Positions 49,812-59,345 of a stretch of 64,000 nt of DNA are shown here, piece by piece. Origin of the DNA: Cyanobacteria bacterium auto_48_18 (GTDB taxonomy: Bacteria; Cyanobacteriota; Vampirovibrionia; Obscuribacterales; Obscuribacteraceae); the NCBI GenBank assembly GCA_036170915.1, contig JAVHQC010000029.1:198850-262849 (forward strand). The letters are read 5' to 3'. How positions within the stretch are numbered: position 1 is the first letter of the stretch; the number at the start of each line of letters is the position of its first letter. The notes beneath the pieces were generated by a model. It was not told the origin of the DNA. It ran no database searches and was given only the letters and a program-made list of their open reading frames with translations. Both the position numbers and the translations under genes were made by a program.

Positions 49812-50171
49812 TTGACCGATCAGAATACTGCTAAGCCAGATTCTGATTTGGAATTATTGCGCGTCTTAATTGACGCCGAGATCATTTCTGAAGCGCAAGC
49901 CCAGTTGGCACAGTCAGATAGTGCCAATATGAACATGAGCATTGACGAAGTTCTGCTTGCTCGCGGTTGGCTGGACGCGCCAACTTTAGAAAAACATGCA
50001 CCATGGTTATATCCACAAGCTGCCGTAGACGATTCGCGCACCACCATGGATATCAAAAACGATCAGCGTAATTCAGGCAAGATTCAGCTAACTGATACTC
50101 ACGGATCGTCTGATGATTATGGATTCAATCTCGCTCGTTACCGCGCAATTGTGCGGGATATTCTGGATTGA
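49812..50171 (+). CDS. Hypothetical protein with MshEN/GspE-N-like helical motif
   Basis: 'LLRVLIDAEIISEAQAQLA...SIDEVLLARGWL'. Confidence 0.6.
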   Translation: MTDQNTAKPDSDLELLRVLIDAEIISEAQAQLAQSDSANMNMSIDEVLLARGWLDAPTLEKHAPWLYPQAAVDDSRTTMDIKNDQRNSGKIQLTDTHGSSDDYGFNLARYRAIVRDILD

Positions 50172-50223
50172 TTTTGATTTGAAAATTTTGAGGCGGCCTG
50201 CGTCGGGTATATCAATTTCGCGC

Positions 50224-50289
50224 CCTAGGAATTTTTACAACTCATAGGTTGTAAAATCGTACAACTTAGGAGTTGTATTTTTTCTTAGG
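50224..50289. repeat. Nested inverted repeat with two TACAAC-N6-GTTGTA palindromes
   Basis: Palindromes at 50236-50253 and 50260-50277, flanked by CCTAGGAA and TTCTTAGG. Confidence 0.75.
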
Positions 50290-50329
50290 CGGCGAGTAGA
50301 GACTCTACTTCACCGTTACCGGTAATGCA

Positions 50330-51115
50330 TTATGCCTTTTCCTTGCTCTCCGACGCTTCAACCAATTCTCTCAAATATAAGCTCTTTTTTCGCACATAGT
50401 CACTGTAAATACTGGCCAGCTGAAAACCCAAGCCACCATCAAGAATGCCGCCGCGCAGCAGATAGCGGCTGAAGAAAGTCCAGCCGCCATTTAAATATTG
50501 ATTGACGACGCTGGCTCGCCATTGATAGTTACCACGATTAAAAAATTCCTGCGCCGACAGCCGGGCATATTTATCCATGGCGGCAGCAAAATCCTCCACT
50601 GTTTTATAAGCGTAGTGCTGCATCGGATGCTTTAACATGCCCACCGGTCCTGTCATTTTTATAGCTTCATGAACCAGACGTTGACCAAACTTGCCTGCGC
50701 CGCGTTTAAACAACCGCAATTGCGCATCAGGATAGAAGCCACCATGGGTAATGGCAGTATCACCAATGTATAAAATGCGCGGAATTTTGTAGCCGTCGAA
50801 ATTAGCTAAATCAGCACTAGCGAGAAGCGCTTGAATCTCGCCCACCAGCTCAGATGTAAGAATTTCATCGGCATCGAGACTCAATATCCAATCACTCTTA
50901 GCCAGGTCTATAGCAAAATTTTTCTGCCCAGCGAAACCTAACCAATCTTGATGTTGCACATGAGCACCAAGCTCGCGAGCGATTGCGATAGTACTATCGG
51001 TAGAGCCTGAATCAATAACAATAACTTCGTCAACTATGGGCTTGGCCGCCTCTATTACGCGACCAATAGTGCGCTCTTCATCTTGAGCCACTATGACCAG
51101 AGAAACAGTTGGCAT
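50330..51115 (-). CDS. Family 2 glycosyltransferase (KdtX/LgtF-like)
   Basis: 'IDSGSTD', 'WLGFAGQKN', 'LSLDADE', 'YPDAQLRLF', 'VHE'. Confidence 0.92.
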   Translation of the reverse strand: MPTVSLVIVAQDEERTIGRVIEAAKPIVDEVIVIDSGSTDSTIAIARELGAHVQHQDWLGFAGQKNFAIDLAKSDWILSLDADEILTSELVGEIQALLASADLANFDGYKIPRILYIGDTAITHGGFYPDAQLRLFKRGAGKFGQRLVHEAIKMTGPVGMLKHPMQHYAYKTVEDFAAAMDKYARLSAQEFFNRGNYQWRASVVNQYLNGGWTFFSRYLLRGGILDGGLGFQLASIYSDYVRKKSLYLRELVEASESKEKA

Positions 51116-51117
51116 GG

Positions 51118-52389
51118 TTAACGACGGAAACGAATGAGTTTGGCAGAATCGTCAATTGTGTAGCTACTGTCGCCAAAGAATGACTGACCTAAAAGCGGCA
51201 GAGGGAAACTGAAATTATCTACGATAACAGCATCCACATTGCGCTTTTCAATGGGGCCCATCTTCATGGTGCGTAATTGTAATTTCTTCCCTCGATACTG
51301 GCCACTAGTACCGTTCACCACAGTGTCTTGTGCATCTTCAGGTACCGTGACACCAAATTTCTTGGCCATATCTTTAGACATCATTACGCAAGATGATCCG
51401 GTGTCAACAGCAAATTGAGCATTTCGGCCCTCAATAGTCGCTGTGACAACCATCTGATCATTGTCGTCTTTCTGAAACGGAATCGCGTAAGGGTCGGTGT
51501 TTCCGCGCGACGAAGAATATGAACTTGACGCACTAGCAGCGGCTCTAGAACCTTGTTTAGCAAGCACAAGGCAGCGAGCATTATTGTCTACGTTGCAGAC
51601 ATACTCTTTAAAAAAGGTTTTGCTCAATGATGGATTATCGAGCATGGACTCTTTGATGATTACAGGAAAATCTTTGCGCTCAACGCTGCCTATTTTAATA
51701 TTCATGCGCATGTCCCATGACTTCACAGCGCCACCACCAGTGGCTGTATTGCTGGGAGCGCCAGTGGGCTCAGGAATGCCCATTGACTGAAGATGGTTCT
51801 TGCCGAAAATTGTTGCCTCAGCACCAGTATCATAAAGAACTTTCGTAGGTCTATTATTGAATGTTCCTTCAATCATGATGCCACCAGCTTCTCTGGTGAA
51901 CGGAATGCGCGCCTCATCAGGCAAACGATCATTAGAAGAGGCGTAGCTGCCTTGAGTAGATTGCGGTTGACGGCCACGATAAGAAGTATTGGCACTGCTG
52001 CGCACTTGTTGCGGCGCGCTAGTAGGCACATAATCTGGGCTGATTGAACGCAGCAAGACAGGGTCCAGAACTTCTAGTGCTTTTCGAGAATATGTTGCAC
52101 CATCAGACATGGGGAAATTCTGAATCACGCGAGCATAAGCTCTGCGGGCACCGGTAATATCTTTGGCATAGTGCAAAGCAAGAGCGTGATAATAGAAAGC
52201 CACATGATTGTTAGGGTTGGCTTGAATAGCTTTATCAAATGACTTAGCCGCCAGAGTGTACTGCTTGTTTTTGAAATATTTGGTGCCGTCAGTATACGGA
52301 TCGGCAGCTTGAGCGCCGCCGGCAGAACCAAAACTAAAAAGCGTTGCAGCGATTATTGCCAGAGAAACATTGTGCCGGTTATGTCGCAT
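51118..52389 (-). CDS. Secreted TPR protein with two retropepsin-like aspartic protease domains
   Basis: Signal peptide; TPR; 'YDTGA' and 'VDTGS' motifs; 'LLGQSF'. Confidence 0.85.
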   Translation of the reverse strand: MRHNRHNVSLAIIAATLFSFGSAGGAQAADPYTDGTKYFKNKQYTLAAKSFDKAIQANPNNHVAFYYHALALHYAKDITGARRAYARVIQNFPMSDGATYSRKALEVLDPVLLRSISPDYVPTSAPQQVRSSANTSYRGRQPQSTQGSYASSNDRLPDEARIPFTREAGGIMIEGTFNNRPTKVLYDTGAEATIFGKNHLQSMGIPEPTGAPSNTATGGGAVKSWDMRMNIKIGSVERKDFPVIIKESMLDNPSLSKTFFKEYVCNVDNNARCLVLAKQGSRAAASASSSYSSSRGNTDPYAIPFQKDDNDQMVVTATIEGRNAQFAVDTGSSCVMMSKDMAKKFGVTVPEDAQDTVVNGTSGQYRGKKLQLRTMKMGPIEKRNVDAVIVDNFSFPLPLLGQSFFGDSSYTIDDSAKLIRFRR

Positions 52390-52407
52390 AAGTCTCCATT
52401 AGTAGAA

Positions 52408-53544
52408 TCAAACGCCTAGCTCTTCCTTCAATATTACCTTCTGAATCTCAGACGTACCTTCGAACACTTCGGTCAATTTGCCGTCGCGGAAAAGTCTTTC
52501 AACCGGTAGCTCAGTGCTTGCTCCCAGCATACCGAATATTTGAACCGCTTCGCCACTATGAAGCCGGGCGACCTTAGCAGCAAACATTTTTGCCATTGCA
52601 GCATATTTGCGAAACTCGCCTGGTTCATCAGCATGGCTCCAGGCAGCTCTGTAAGTCAGAAGACGAGCGGCTTCAGCATCAACTGAGTGATCTGCCAACT
52701 TCCACTGAATGCCCTGAAACTTAGAAATCGACTGACCAAATTGCTCTCTCATAAGCGCACGCTCGGCAGAAAATTTAAGCGTTTCGTCGGCGATGCCTAC
52801 AGCAGCAGCAGCGAGAATGGTTTTACTTAAATTGAAAACAGCGTCAACTTGCCCCTCGATTTCGGCGCTGCTCACTTTTGCGCCCAGACAATTTTCAGCC
52901 GAAATTTTGTGATCTTTGAAAGTTAAATCGCATGTCCCGGCCGAACGCAAACCGAGCTTAGCTTTGTTTGGCCCCACGACTACGCTACTCGATGGGGTGC
53001 CATCCACCAGATAAATGCAAAGGTCATCGCCGTCTTTGGCCAATACAGCAAACAGACCGGCCAGGTCACCGTTGACTACCCAGGTTTTCTCGCCAGATAA
53101 GACCACATCGCTGCCGTCCACTCGAGCCGTAGTTTGCACGGCCTTAAAATCTGAACCAGCCATTTCTTCGCCGAAAGCTTGAGCGCCGATTAACTCGCCG
53201 CTGGCAAGATGCGAAAGGTAACGAGATTTTTGCGTTTCAGTGCCATATTTGACAATTAATTCGATCACACTGTAGTGACTGGCAAGAGCCAGACCCAGCC
53301 CGGCCGAAGCCGCGGCCAGTGCTTCGACGAAGAGTACAAGCTCCACTGCGCTGTGGCCTTGACCACCATACTCTTTCGGCACGATCATGCCCAGGTAACC
53401 GCCCTTTGACAGCCTGGTCAATGCCTCTCTGGCAGACACTTTCTCGCTATCTAACTCACGAGCGATGGGCGAGACTTGCTCAGCCACAAACCTTAAAAAT
53501 TGCTCTTGCAGTGCTGATTGGGCGCTGCTTAAGAAGGTGTTCAC
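52408..53544 (-). CDS. Acyl-CoA dehydrogenase
   Basis: 'VPKEYGG', 'GSD', 'GEKTWV', 'REQFGQ.I..FQ', 'FEGTSEIQ'. Confidence 0.95.
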   Translation of the reverse strand: MNTFLSSAQSALQEQFLRFVAEQVSPIARELDSEKVSAREALTRLSKGGYLGMIVPKEYGGQGHSAVELVLFVEALAAASAGLGLALASHYSVIELIVKYGTETQKSRYLSHLASGELIGAQAFGEEMAGSDFKAVQTTARVDGSDVVLSGEKTWVVNGDLAGLFAVLAKDGDDLCIYLVDGTPSSSVVVGPNKAKLGLRSAGTCDLTFKDHKISAENCLGAKVSSAEIEGQVDAVFNLSKTILAAAAVGIADETLKFSAERALMREQFGQSISKFQGIQWKLADHSVDAEAARLLTYRAAWSHADEPGEFRKYAAMAKMFAAKVARLHSGEAVQIFGMLGASTELPVERLFRDGKLTEVFEGTSEIQKVILKEELGV

Positions 53545-53626
53545 GGAAACCTCCCGCTGGAACGTCTAGAATTTGGTTATTAAAACCCTGATAAACTGCT
53601 GATCATAGCACTTACGGAACAGAATC

Positions 53627-55426
53627 ATGAGCATGCTTGCAAAGTGGATGAAGCGCGCCTCCAGCCTCTTTACAGAGAAACCGAGCGTCAAAGTTGATGA
53701 CTTTGGTATGGAGCATTTTTTGGTCTATCACGGCCTTGTGGGTTCAAGCCCGGAGAACCAGCGAGAATTTAAAGACGTGCGCGCCGACATAACATCGGCA
53801 GTGAATCGTAATAACTCACACAATCTCTGCATCAACCTTAAGCTGGCACCACTCTGGTGGGAAGAAAAGCTACAGCGCATCTTTACTGAGTTGGTAGAAA
53901 ACCCGACTTCAGCCGAACGCACCATGAATGCACTTCTGCCAGAAAAATCAGATGATTACGAAGTGCAAGATTATGATCCATTGCGCCACCAAGACTGGCG
54001 TGTGCGCGCCAATGCCGCACTGGTGTTGGCGAATCTAAAAGTAGAAAAGGCGCAAGACGGTATCATTCGCGCCCTCAACGCCACTGCTGACAATACCACT
54101 CCTGCTTTCTGTCATATTTCTCGAGCCCTGTCTGCATATCGCAGCGACGAAGCAAAAGACGCTCTAGCAGCATTTCTAGACAACAGTGAACCCTGGATAA
54201 AAGTTGACGCGGTCAACGCTCTTTCACGCTGGCCGGTCTCGTCAGTGTCGACCTTACTGCAAAAAGCTTTCAATCAACATCATGATTTCATTGATTACGC
54301 TGCTGTTGCTCTAGCCAAGCAGCACAAGCCTCTAGAATTTCTCACTGGCGATAGTGAGAATGCTAATTTAGGAGCAGCACTAATAGTAGGTTTACTTGAT
54401 GCCTCACAGCAAACTTTTTCAGGCAATCAAGAAATTCTCACTGATGCCCAAATTTATCAATGCTTAGAACCATTGACACTGAGTTTAGAAGCCGAGCCCA
54501 GCGCTTTAAAATTACGAGCGCTTGTGGGTCTTTCAAGGTGGTTGGAAAATAACTACTCGCTCTTAAAAGCCGAGATTTCAGATTACCCTGATAGAGAATC
54601 AATTGCGAGCGCCATAGCCGTTAGCGACGATAAAGATCACAGGCAAAGTGTTGTCGCTGAAATAGAAAAATCGCTACTGTCCCTTAAAACCGACGATCAA
54701 TTTACATCAAGCGCACTGCGTCACGGACTCAAATTGATTGGTGAGATTCAACTCAAAGAAACCATGGGCGTGCTGCAGTCAATCTTAGAGACACCTCAAG
54801 CTCTGCCTTATCGCAATGAAATAATTGAGGCTCTTGGTCAATTGGGTGACAACGCAGCGGCACCACAACTGGTGAAATTGGCGAGAACTCTAGTCAATGT
54901 CAAAGATCGCAAATTGCCTTCACTCAGTGCCACAAGCGTACTTGAACCTGACTTGGAAAGCTCTAAAACCTACTGGTATATTTTAAAAGCTTTGGCAAAT
55001 TTAGCTGATCCCCAAGCACTTGAGCTAATTCTTGAAGCCACCGGTGATCACGCGGCAGACAAACGCGAAGAGGCACTGGCTTCAGCAGTAAAGATACGCC
55101 TTTCTGGCGGCCCACAATTAGACAACAAGAAAGAAGTTGATCAGGCAGTGGCTCGCAGCCTGAACGATCCTTCTCCCCAAGTTAGATTGCAGGCACTACA
55201 GGGAGTGTCGCAACTAAAACTGGATCAAAACATTGACGCTGTGACAAAAATGATCAATTCTCAAGAATTATCAGTGTCTCGGGCCAGCTTCGAAACCCTT
55301 GAAGCGCTTGTTGCTGGTGGTCACAAGAGTGCGGTGCGCAGTGCGCTACTCGAATTTAAAAAGACACTGAGTAGCACTGTAAAAATCAAACGTGTTGATG
55401 ATTTTATCAGCCAGAACTGTGAATAA
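53627..55426 (+). CDS. HEAT-repeat protein
   Basis: 'HQDWRVRANAALVL', 'DPSPQVRLQAL' HEAT-like repeats. Confidence 0.8.
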   Translation: MSMLAKWMKRASSLFTEKPSVKVDDFGMEHFLVYHGLVGSSPENQREFKDVRADITSAVNRNNSHNLCINLKLAPLWWEEKLQRIFTELVENPTSAERTMNALLPEKSDDYEVQDYDPLRHQDWRVRANAALVLANLKVEKAQDGIIRALNATADNTTPAFCHISRALSAYRSDEAKDALAAFLDNSEPWIKVDAVNALSRWPVSSVSTLLQKAFNQHHDFIDYAAVALAKQHKPLEFLTGDSENANLGAALIVGLLDASQQTFSGNQEILTDAQIYQCLEPLTLSLEAEPSALKLRALVGLSRWLENNYSLLKAEISDYPDRESIASAIAVSDDKDHRQSVVAEIEKSLLSLKTDDQFTSSALRHGLKLIGEIQLKETMGVLQSILETPQALPYRNEIIEALGQLGDNAAAPQLVKLARTLVNVKDRKLPSLSATSVLEPDLESSKTYWYILKALANLADPQALELILEATGDHAADKREEALASAVKIRLSGGPQLDNKKEVDQAVARSLNDPSPQVRLQALQGVSQLKLDQNIDAVTKMINSQELSVSRASFETLEALVAGGHKSAVRSALLEFKKTLSSTVKIKRVDDFISQNCE

Positions 55427-55447
55427 GATAGAATTCAATTTTTAGGT

Positions 55448-56026
55448 ATGAAAGTGGATCCTGAAACCGATGAGCCCGTAAAGAAGCAAGAGCCAATTTC
55501 GGCTCACGAATCGGCCATGGACAAAATTGCCGATTCTTTTCTTTCAGAAGTTTTGGCAAAAGACGATCCGAATGCAGCTGAATTGGCCAATCAAGCCGCT
55601 AAAGCGCAGCTCAAAACTTATAAACACCCCATGGCTGTAGATGTGATGCTCGCTTTTGGTCTGTTATTTGCCATGGCCGGTTTAACAGTTAGCTTTGTCA
55701 AAGGCTTAAATACTCATTCGGCCAAGACCAATATAATGCAGGGCAATTACAAAGCTGCCATCAGTATTTTGCGCAGCTCACCAATACCAGAATTTTTTGG
55801 TGGTACCAGTGCCGACAATAGCGAAGACCTGCTTAACCAGGCGCTCTATCTCGATGCCATGGAAAAACTTGACGCCAATCGTGAAGATCAAACCGCGCTG
55901 CAAGAACTTGCCAAAATCTCGCCCAACTCTCGCTTTTTCGACCTGGCTCAAGATCAACTAAAGCAACTGTCTAAAGCAAAAGAGCAAGCTGACCCGGCTC
56001 CGGTTCCACTTGCTCCTGCTCAATAA
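55448..56026 (+). CDS. Hypothetical single-TM protein
   Basis: 192 aa, one TM followed by helical region. Confidence 0.7.
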   Translation: MKVDPETDEPVKKQEPISAHESAMDKIADSFLSEVLAKDDPNAAELANQAAKAQLKTYKHPMAVDVMLAFGLLFAMAGLTVSFVKGLNTHSAKTNIMQGNYKAAISILRSSPIPEFFGGTSADNSEDLLNQALYLDAMEKLDANREDQTALQELAKISPNSRFFDLAQDQLKQLSKAKEQADPAPVPLAPAQ

Positions 56027-56042
56027 ATCGATTGCCGATTGA

Positions 56043-56069
56043 CAGAGAAATTTTGCGCAAATTTCTCTG
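56043..56069. terminator. Hairpin between convergent genes, probable terminator
   Basis: CAGAGAAATTT-N5-AAATTTCTCTG. Confidence 0.6.
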
Positions 56070-56082
56070 CAGATTGGTTCGC

Positions 56083-56466
56083 TTACTCGACGATAAATTT
56101 CTTGTAGTCGTCGGCGCTCATTAATCCGGCAACTTCAGCGGCATTTTCGACCTTAAGCTTGATCATCCAGCCACCCTTGTAAGGGTCAAGGTTGACAAGC
56201 TCAGGTTCTGAATTGAGTGCGTCGTTGACTGCTGTGATTTCGCCGGCCAGAGGCATGAACAGATCAGAAACAGACTTAACTGATTCGATAACGCCAAATT
56301 TCTGTTCGGTTTTGAATTTTGAACCAACTTTTGGCAACTCTACGAAGGTGACGTCGCCAAGTTGATCTGCGGCAAAAGCGGTAATTCCGATAGTGGCGAT
56401 GTCGCCTTCAACACTGACGAATTCATGGCTTTTTACGTATTTAAGCTCATCCGGATGACTCAGCAT
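56083..56466 (-). CDS. gcvH: Glycine cleavage system H protein
   Basis: 'IGITAFAADQLGDVTFVELP', lipoyl 'IESVKSVSD', 'DPYKGGW'. Confidence 0.97.
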   Translation of the reverse strand: MLSHPDELKYVKSHEFVSVEGDIATIGITAFAADQLGDVTFVELPKVGSKFKTEQKFGVIESVKSVSDLFMPLAGEITAVNDALNSEPELVNLDPYKGGWMIKLKVENAAEVAGLMSADDYKKFIVE

Positions 56467-56620
56467 GAAAGCAGTACTCCCTATTTTTTGGTCACAAAAA
56501 TTACTCCCTAAAGAGTAATAGAGTTACTCGTCGTTTTGTTACATCTTAAGGATGAATGTAACTTAAAAGACCAATTTCACAATCGCCCTTGAAAACACTT
56601 ACCTGCTTGGGGCGTGTGGT

Positions 56621-57892
56621 CTATTTAGCACCGCCACTGAAAGTGCGGTAGTCGAAGGCGAAAGCTACATTGAGCTCTGCGTGACTGCCATCAGGAAAAG
56701 CACTAACAGGATTTGCGGCAGTGACAGCAGCTATGGCCGATTTGTCGAAGGCATCATCTCCAGAGCTTTCCAAAATTTCAATTGCCTTAATTTGACCTGT
56801 GCGCAAGATATCAAATCTGACGTCGGTGCGCTTGTTTCCGGAATTTACAGGAGGATGCCAGTTGCGTTTGACAACAGGCTCCAGCGCCGCCATGTAGCGA
56901 TCGAAACTGATGCCTCGGACATAGACAACCATGTCCTCGGGGGCATTTCCAACACAAATAACCAGCGGTACAGGTTTGGCTGTTGGTGCTTTCAGGTTTA
57001 AGGCTTTAATTGCGGCAAACGTGATCGATTTAACCTCGTCGCTGTATTTATCTGGCGCGTCCATCTCCAGCTGAGAAATTTTGCCGTCCTGATCAACTAT
57101 GCAAAAAGCATAAGCAAACTTCGCAAAGGCCGGGGTCTTTATCCAGGTGCTACGCAAGCGGCTTTCAGCCAGGCGACAAAGCTTAGTAAGCGGGCCATTA
57201 CCGTAGAATTGATCGTCGAGCGGAATAGCTTTAGTCTGCCGTGAGAAGCCAATCTTTTTAACTTCGTCGCCACCAGAAACAAGATTCTGCAGCTGAGTCA
57301 ATTGCTCGTCAATTTGTGATTCTGGCGCGCCGCCCTTGATCAATTGTTCTATATATTGAAATTCACCCCAGAGCGGATTGGCAATCGTTCTGGTACCCAG
57401 CTTTTTTATTTCATTGAAAGCAGCCTGGCGTCTGGCCAGAAATAAACCAGCAGTAGGGGCGACTCTTGACGTACCAGGTACAGCAGCACCAATTTTAATG
57501 CGAAGGTGAATTTTTGGCTCGGACACTGTGGTATCAGCACTGGTGACCAAAAATTTAGCATCTTCAACAGAAAACTTGATACTATCAGCTTTACGTTGAA
57601 ACCCTTTTCTAAACAGCCTGGTGTTACCGCTGGCTTCAATGGTACGGGTAGACTTGTCAAAAGTAATTTGGTCCGCTTCGAGTCTTGCATCTTGCTCACC
57701 AATAGCCGCCACAGCCTCACCGGCTGCAATCAACAAATTACCTCTAGATTCGACTTTATTGCCTTCTATGCTGAGCGAGCCTTTTTTCAGCTTCCAGGCG
57801 TCAAAGGCACTTGTCTGTCCTGCATCAAATGCCAGAACAGCAGATCCTAAAAACAACGGAACCATAAAAATACCAACTTTCAAGGCTTTCAA
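56621..57892 (-). CDS. Secreted protein with OstA/LptD-N-like domain and TonB C-terminal domain(s)
   Basis: 'LEADQITFDKSTRTIEASGN'; C-terminal 'VKRNWHPP...SSGDDAFDKSAIAAV...FAFDY'. Confidence 0.7.
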   Translation of the reverse strand: MKALKVGIFMVPLFLGSAVLAFDAGQTSAFDAWKLKKGSLSIEGNKVESRGNLLIAAGEAVAAIGEQDARLEADQITFDKSTRTIEASGNTRLFRKGFQRKADSIKFSVEDAKFLVTSADTTVSEPKIHLRIKIGAAVPGTSRVAPTAGLFLARRQAAFNEIKKLGTRTIANPLWGEFQYIEQLIKGGAPESQIDEQLTQLQNLVSGGDEVKKIGFSRQTKAIPLDDQFYGNGPLTKLCRLAESRLRSTWIKTPAFAKFAYAFCIVDQDGKISQLEMDAPDKYSDEVKSITFAAIKALNLKAPTAKPVPLVICVGNAPEDMVVYVRGISFDRYMAALEPVVKRNWHPPVNSGNKRTDVRFDILRTGQIKAIEILESSGDDAFDKSAIAAVTAANPVSAFPDGSHAELNVAFAFDYRTFSGGAK

Positions 57893-57914
57893 TCAAATAC
57901 TCCTGGTAACAAAA

Positions 57915-58670
57915 TCAGACACTTGCCCCGCAGTGCAAACAAAATGAAAAGGCGGCATCTAAAGCATAATCGCAAGTCGGACATTTTTTGGGATCGCCAA
58001 CCGGGGCGGATGGCGCCTCAATCGGCCTGTCAAGCTTGGGAGTTTCAAGCTTGGGGGTTTCAAGCTTGGGAGTCTCAATTACTTTGGCCTCAGCAACTGT
58101 AGTTGGGCTTTCAGCTTTCTCTGCGGCAGCAAGTAGCATAGAAGCTAATTTATCTTGCCGTGCCAGGGAATTAGTTATTGCTGACTCAACTGCCCTAGCG
58201 GTGCTAATTTGTCTCTTCGAAAAAGCTTTTTCAAATACAAGATTGGTCTTTTTCAAAATCGAGTTTACATCTTTATCGATGCCGCAGTTAACAACGAAGC
58301 TCCATTCAACGCGAGTCTGTGAAGCACCAGAATCGCCGAAGAAAACGCAAAGCAAAATTTCGACTGTGCGCTGCGCAGCTCCTGGTGGTGTTCCAGACAG
58401 AACAGCGCGAATGCATGATTTAACTGGGTCTTCGTCGGTAATTTTCCAATTGCAGCCGCCAAAATCTTCTTGCAATAAAAAATTATGGACGATTTCCATT
58501 GACTCTGATTGGTCGCAAACCACACTTATTGCTGGCGGAAAACGACTACAACCGGCACGCTTGTTGGTGGCAAGTACAGAATTAATTGCACCAAGTGCTG
58601 TAAGAAACGCTGCACATGCGATCAATACGCCAATAAAAACAAAGTTTGGGAAAAACTCATTCAATGACAT
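57915..58670 (-). CDS. Membrane-anchored hypothetical protein with C-terminal zinc ribbon (paralog 3)
   Basis: N-terminal TM from ATG 58670; ETPKL x3; 'CPTC...FCLHCG'. Confidence 0.75.
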   Translation of the reverse strand: MSLNEFFPNFVFIGVLIACAAFLTALGAINSVLATNKRAGCSRFPPAISVVCDQSESMEIVHNFLLQEDFGGCNWKITDEDPVKSCIRAVLSGTPPGAAQRTVEILLCVFFGDSGASQTRVEWSFVVNCGIDKDVNSILKKTNLVFEKAFSKRQISTARAVESAITNSLARQDKLASMLLAAAEKAESPTTVAEAKVIETPKLETPKLETPKLDRPIEAPSAPVGDPKKCPTCDYALDAAFSFCLHCGASV

Positions 58671-58692
58671 GAAATATCTGTTCCATTTAGCG

Positions 58693-59343
58693 TCAAATCG
58701 TTGCCCCGCAATGCAAGCAAAATGCAAAAGCATAATCGACCGCATGCTGACAGCGCAGACATTTTTTTGCACTAGCAATGTCGGCGCCGGCGGCCAAACC
58801 GATTTGACCAGTCAGAACTGCTCCAACATTGACCACCCTGTACAGTGTCGCAACCAATGCCAACTTCATTCGCAATGAATCTTCCAACCGCTGCCTTATG
58901 TTCACTGCCGCTTGTTCACTATCTAATTCTGAACCGCCCAAGTGCACAAATGAAAAAATCAGCCTGGTAGCAAACTTACTCACAGCCCTGAGTTCGACTT
59001 TCAATTGCAATTCGGCAGAGCGATTCACTTCTGTTGAAAAGGCTTTGAGATGAGCCGAATAGCAAACTTTATCACCAGGCGAAAAATCGACACATTGCCA
59101 GTTGACGTTCCAAAAACTAACCGTCGGAACCTCAGCGGCAATGGTATCAAATGCAGTGGCACTGGGTAAGTTGACAGTAAAGGGTGGCGGATCTCTCCAC
59201 ACCGGTACCGCAGGCTTAGTCGTAATCTTCTTACCAGGATGTTTTTGGCTAGTCAGGCTAGCCTTCAGAACTGAAAAGACCGCGAGCAGCGGCAACCCGA
59301 CACAAATTACCGCCATCATGGTCGACCAATCGAAAGTGTGCAT
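58693..59343 (-). CDS. Membrane-anchored hypothetical protein with C-terminal zinc ribbon (paralog 2)
   Basis: N-terminal TM; 'CLRC...FCLHCG'. Confidence 0.75.
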   Translation of the reverse strand: MHTFDWSTMMAVICVGLPLLAVFSVLKASLTSQKHPGKKITTKPAVPVWRDPPPFTVNLPSATAFDTIAAEVPTVSFWNVNWQCVDFSPGDKVCYSAHLKAFSTEVNRSAELQLKVELRAVSKFATRLIFSFVHLGGSELDSEQAAVNIRQRLEDSLRMKLALVATLYRVVNVGAVLTGQIGLAAGADIASAKKCLRCQHAVDYAFAFCLHCGATI

Positions 59344-59345
59344 AG

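Noticed and set aside
57988..58878. 296-aa plus-strand ORF
   Set aside because: Antisense shadow of the zinc-ribbon paralogs, which are supported by mutual similarity
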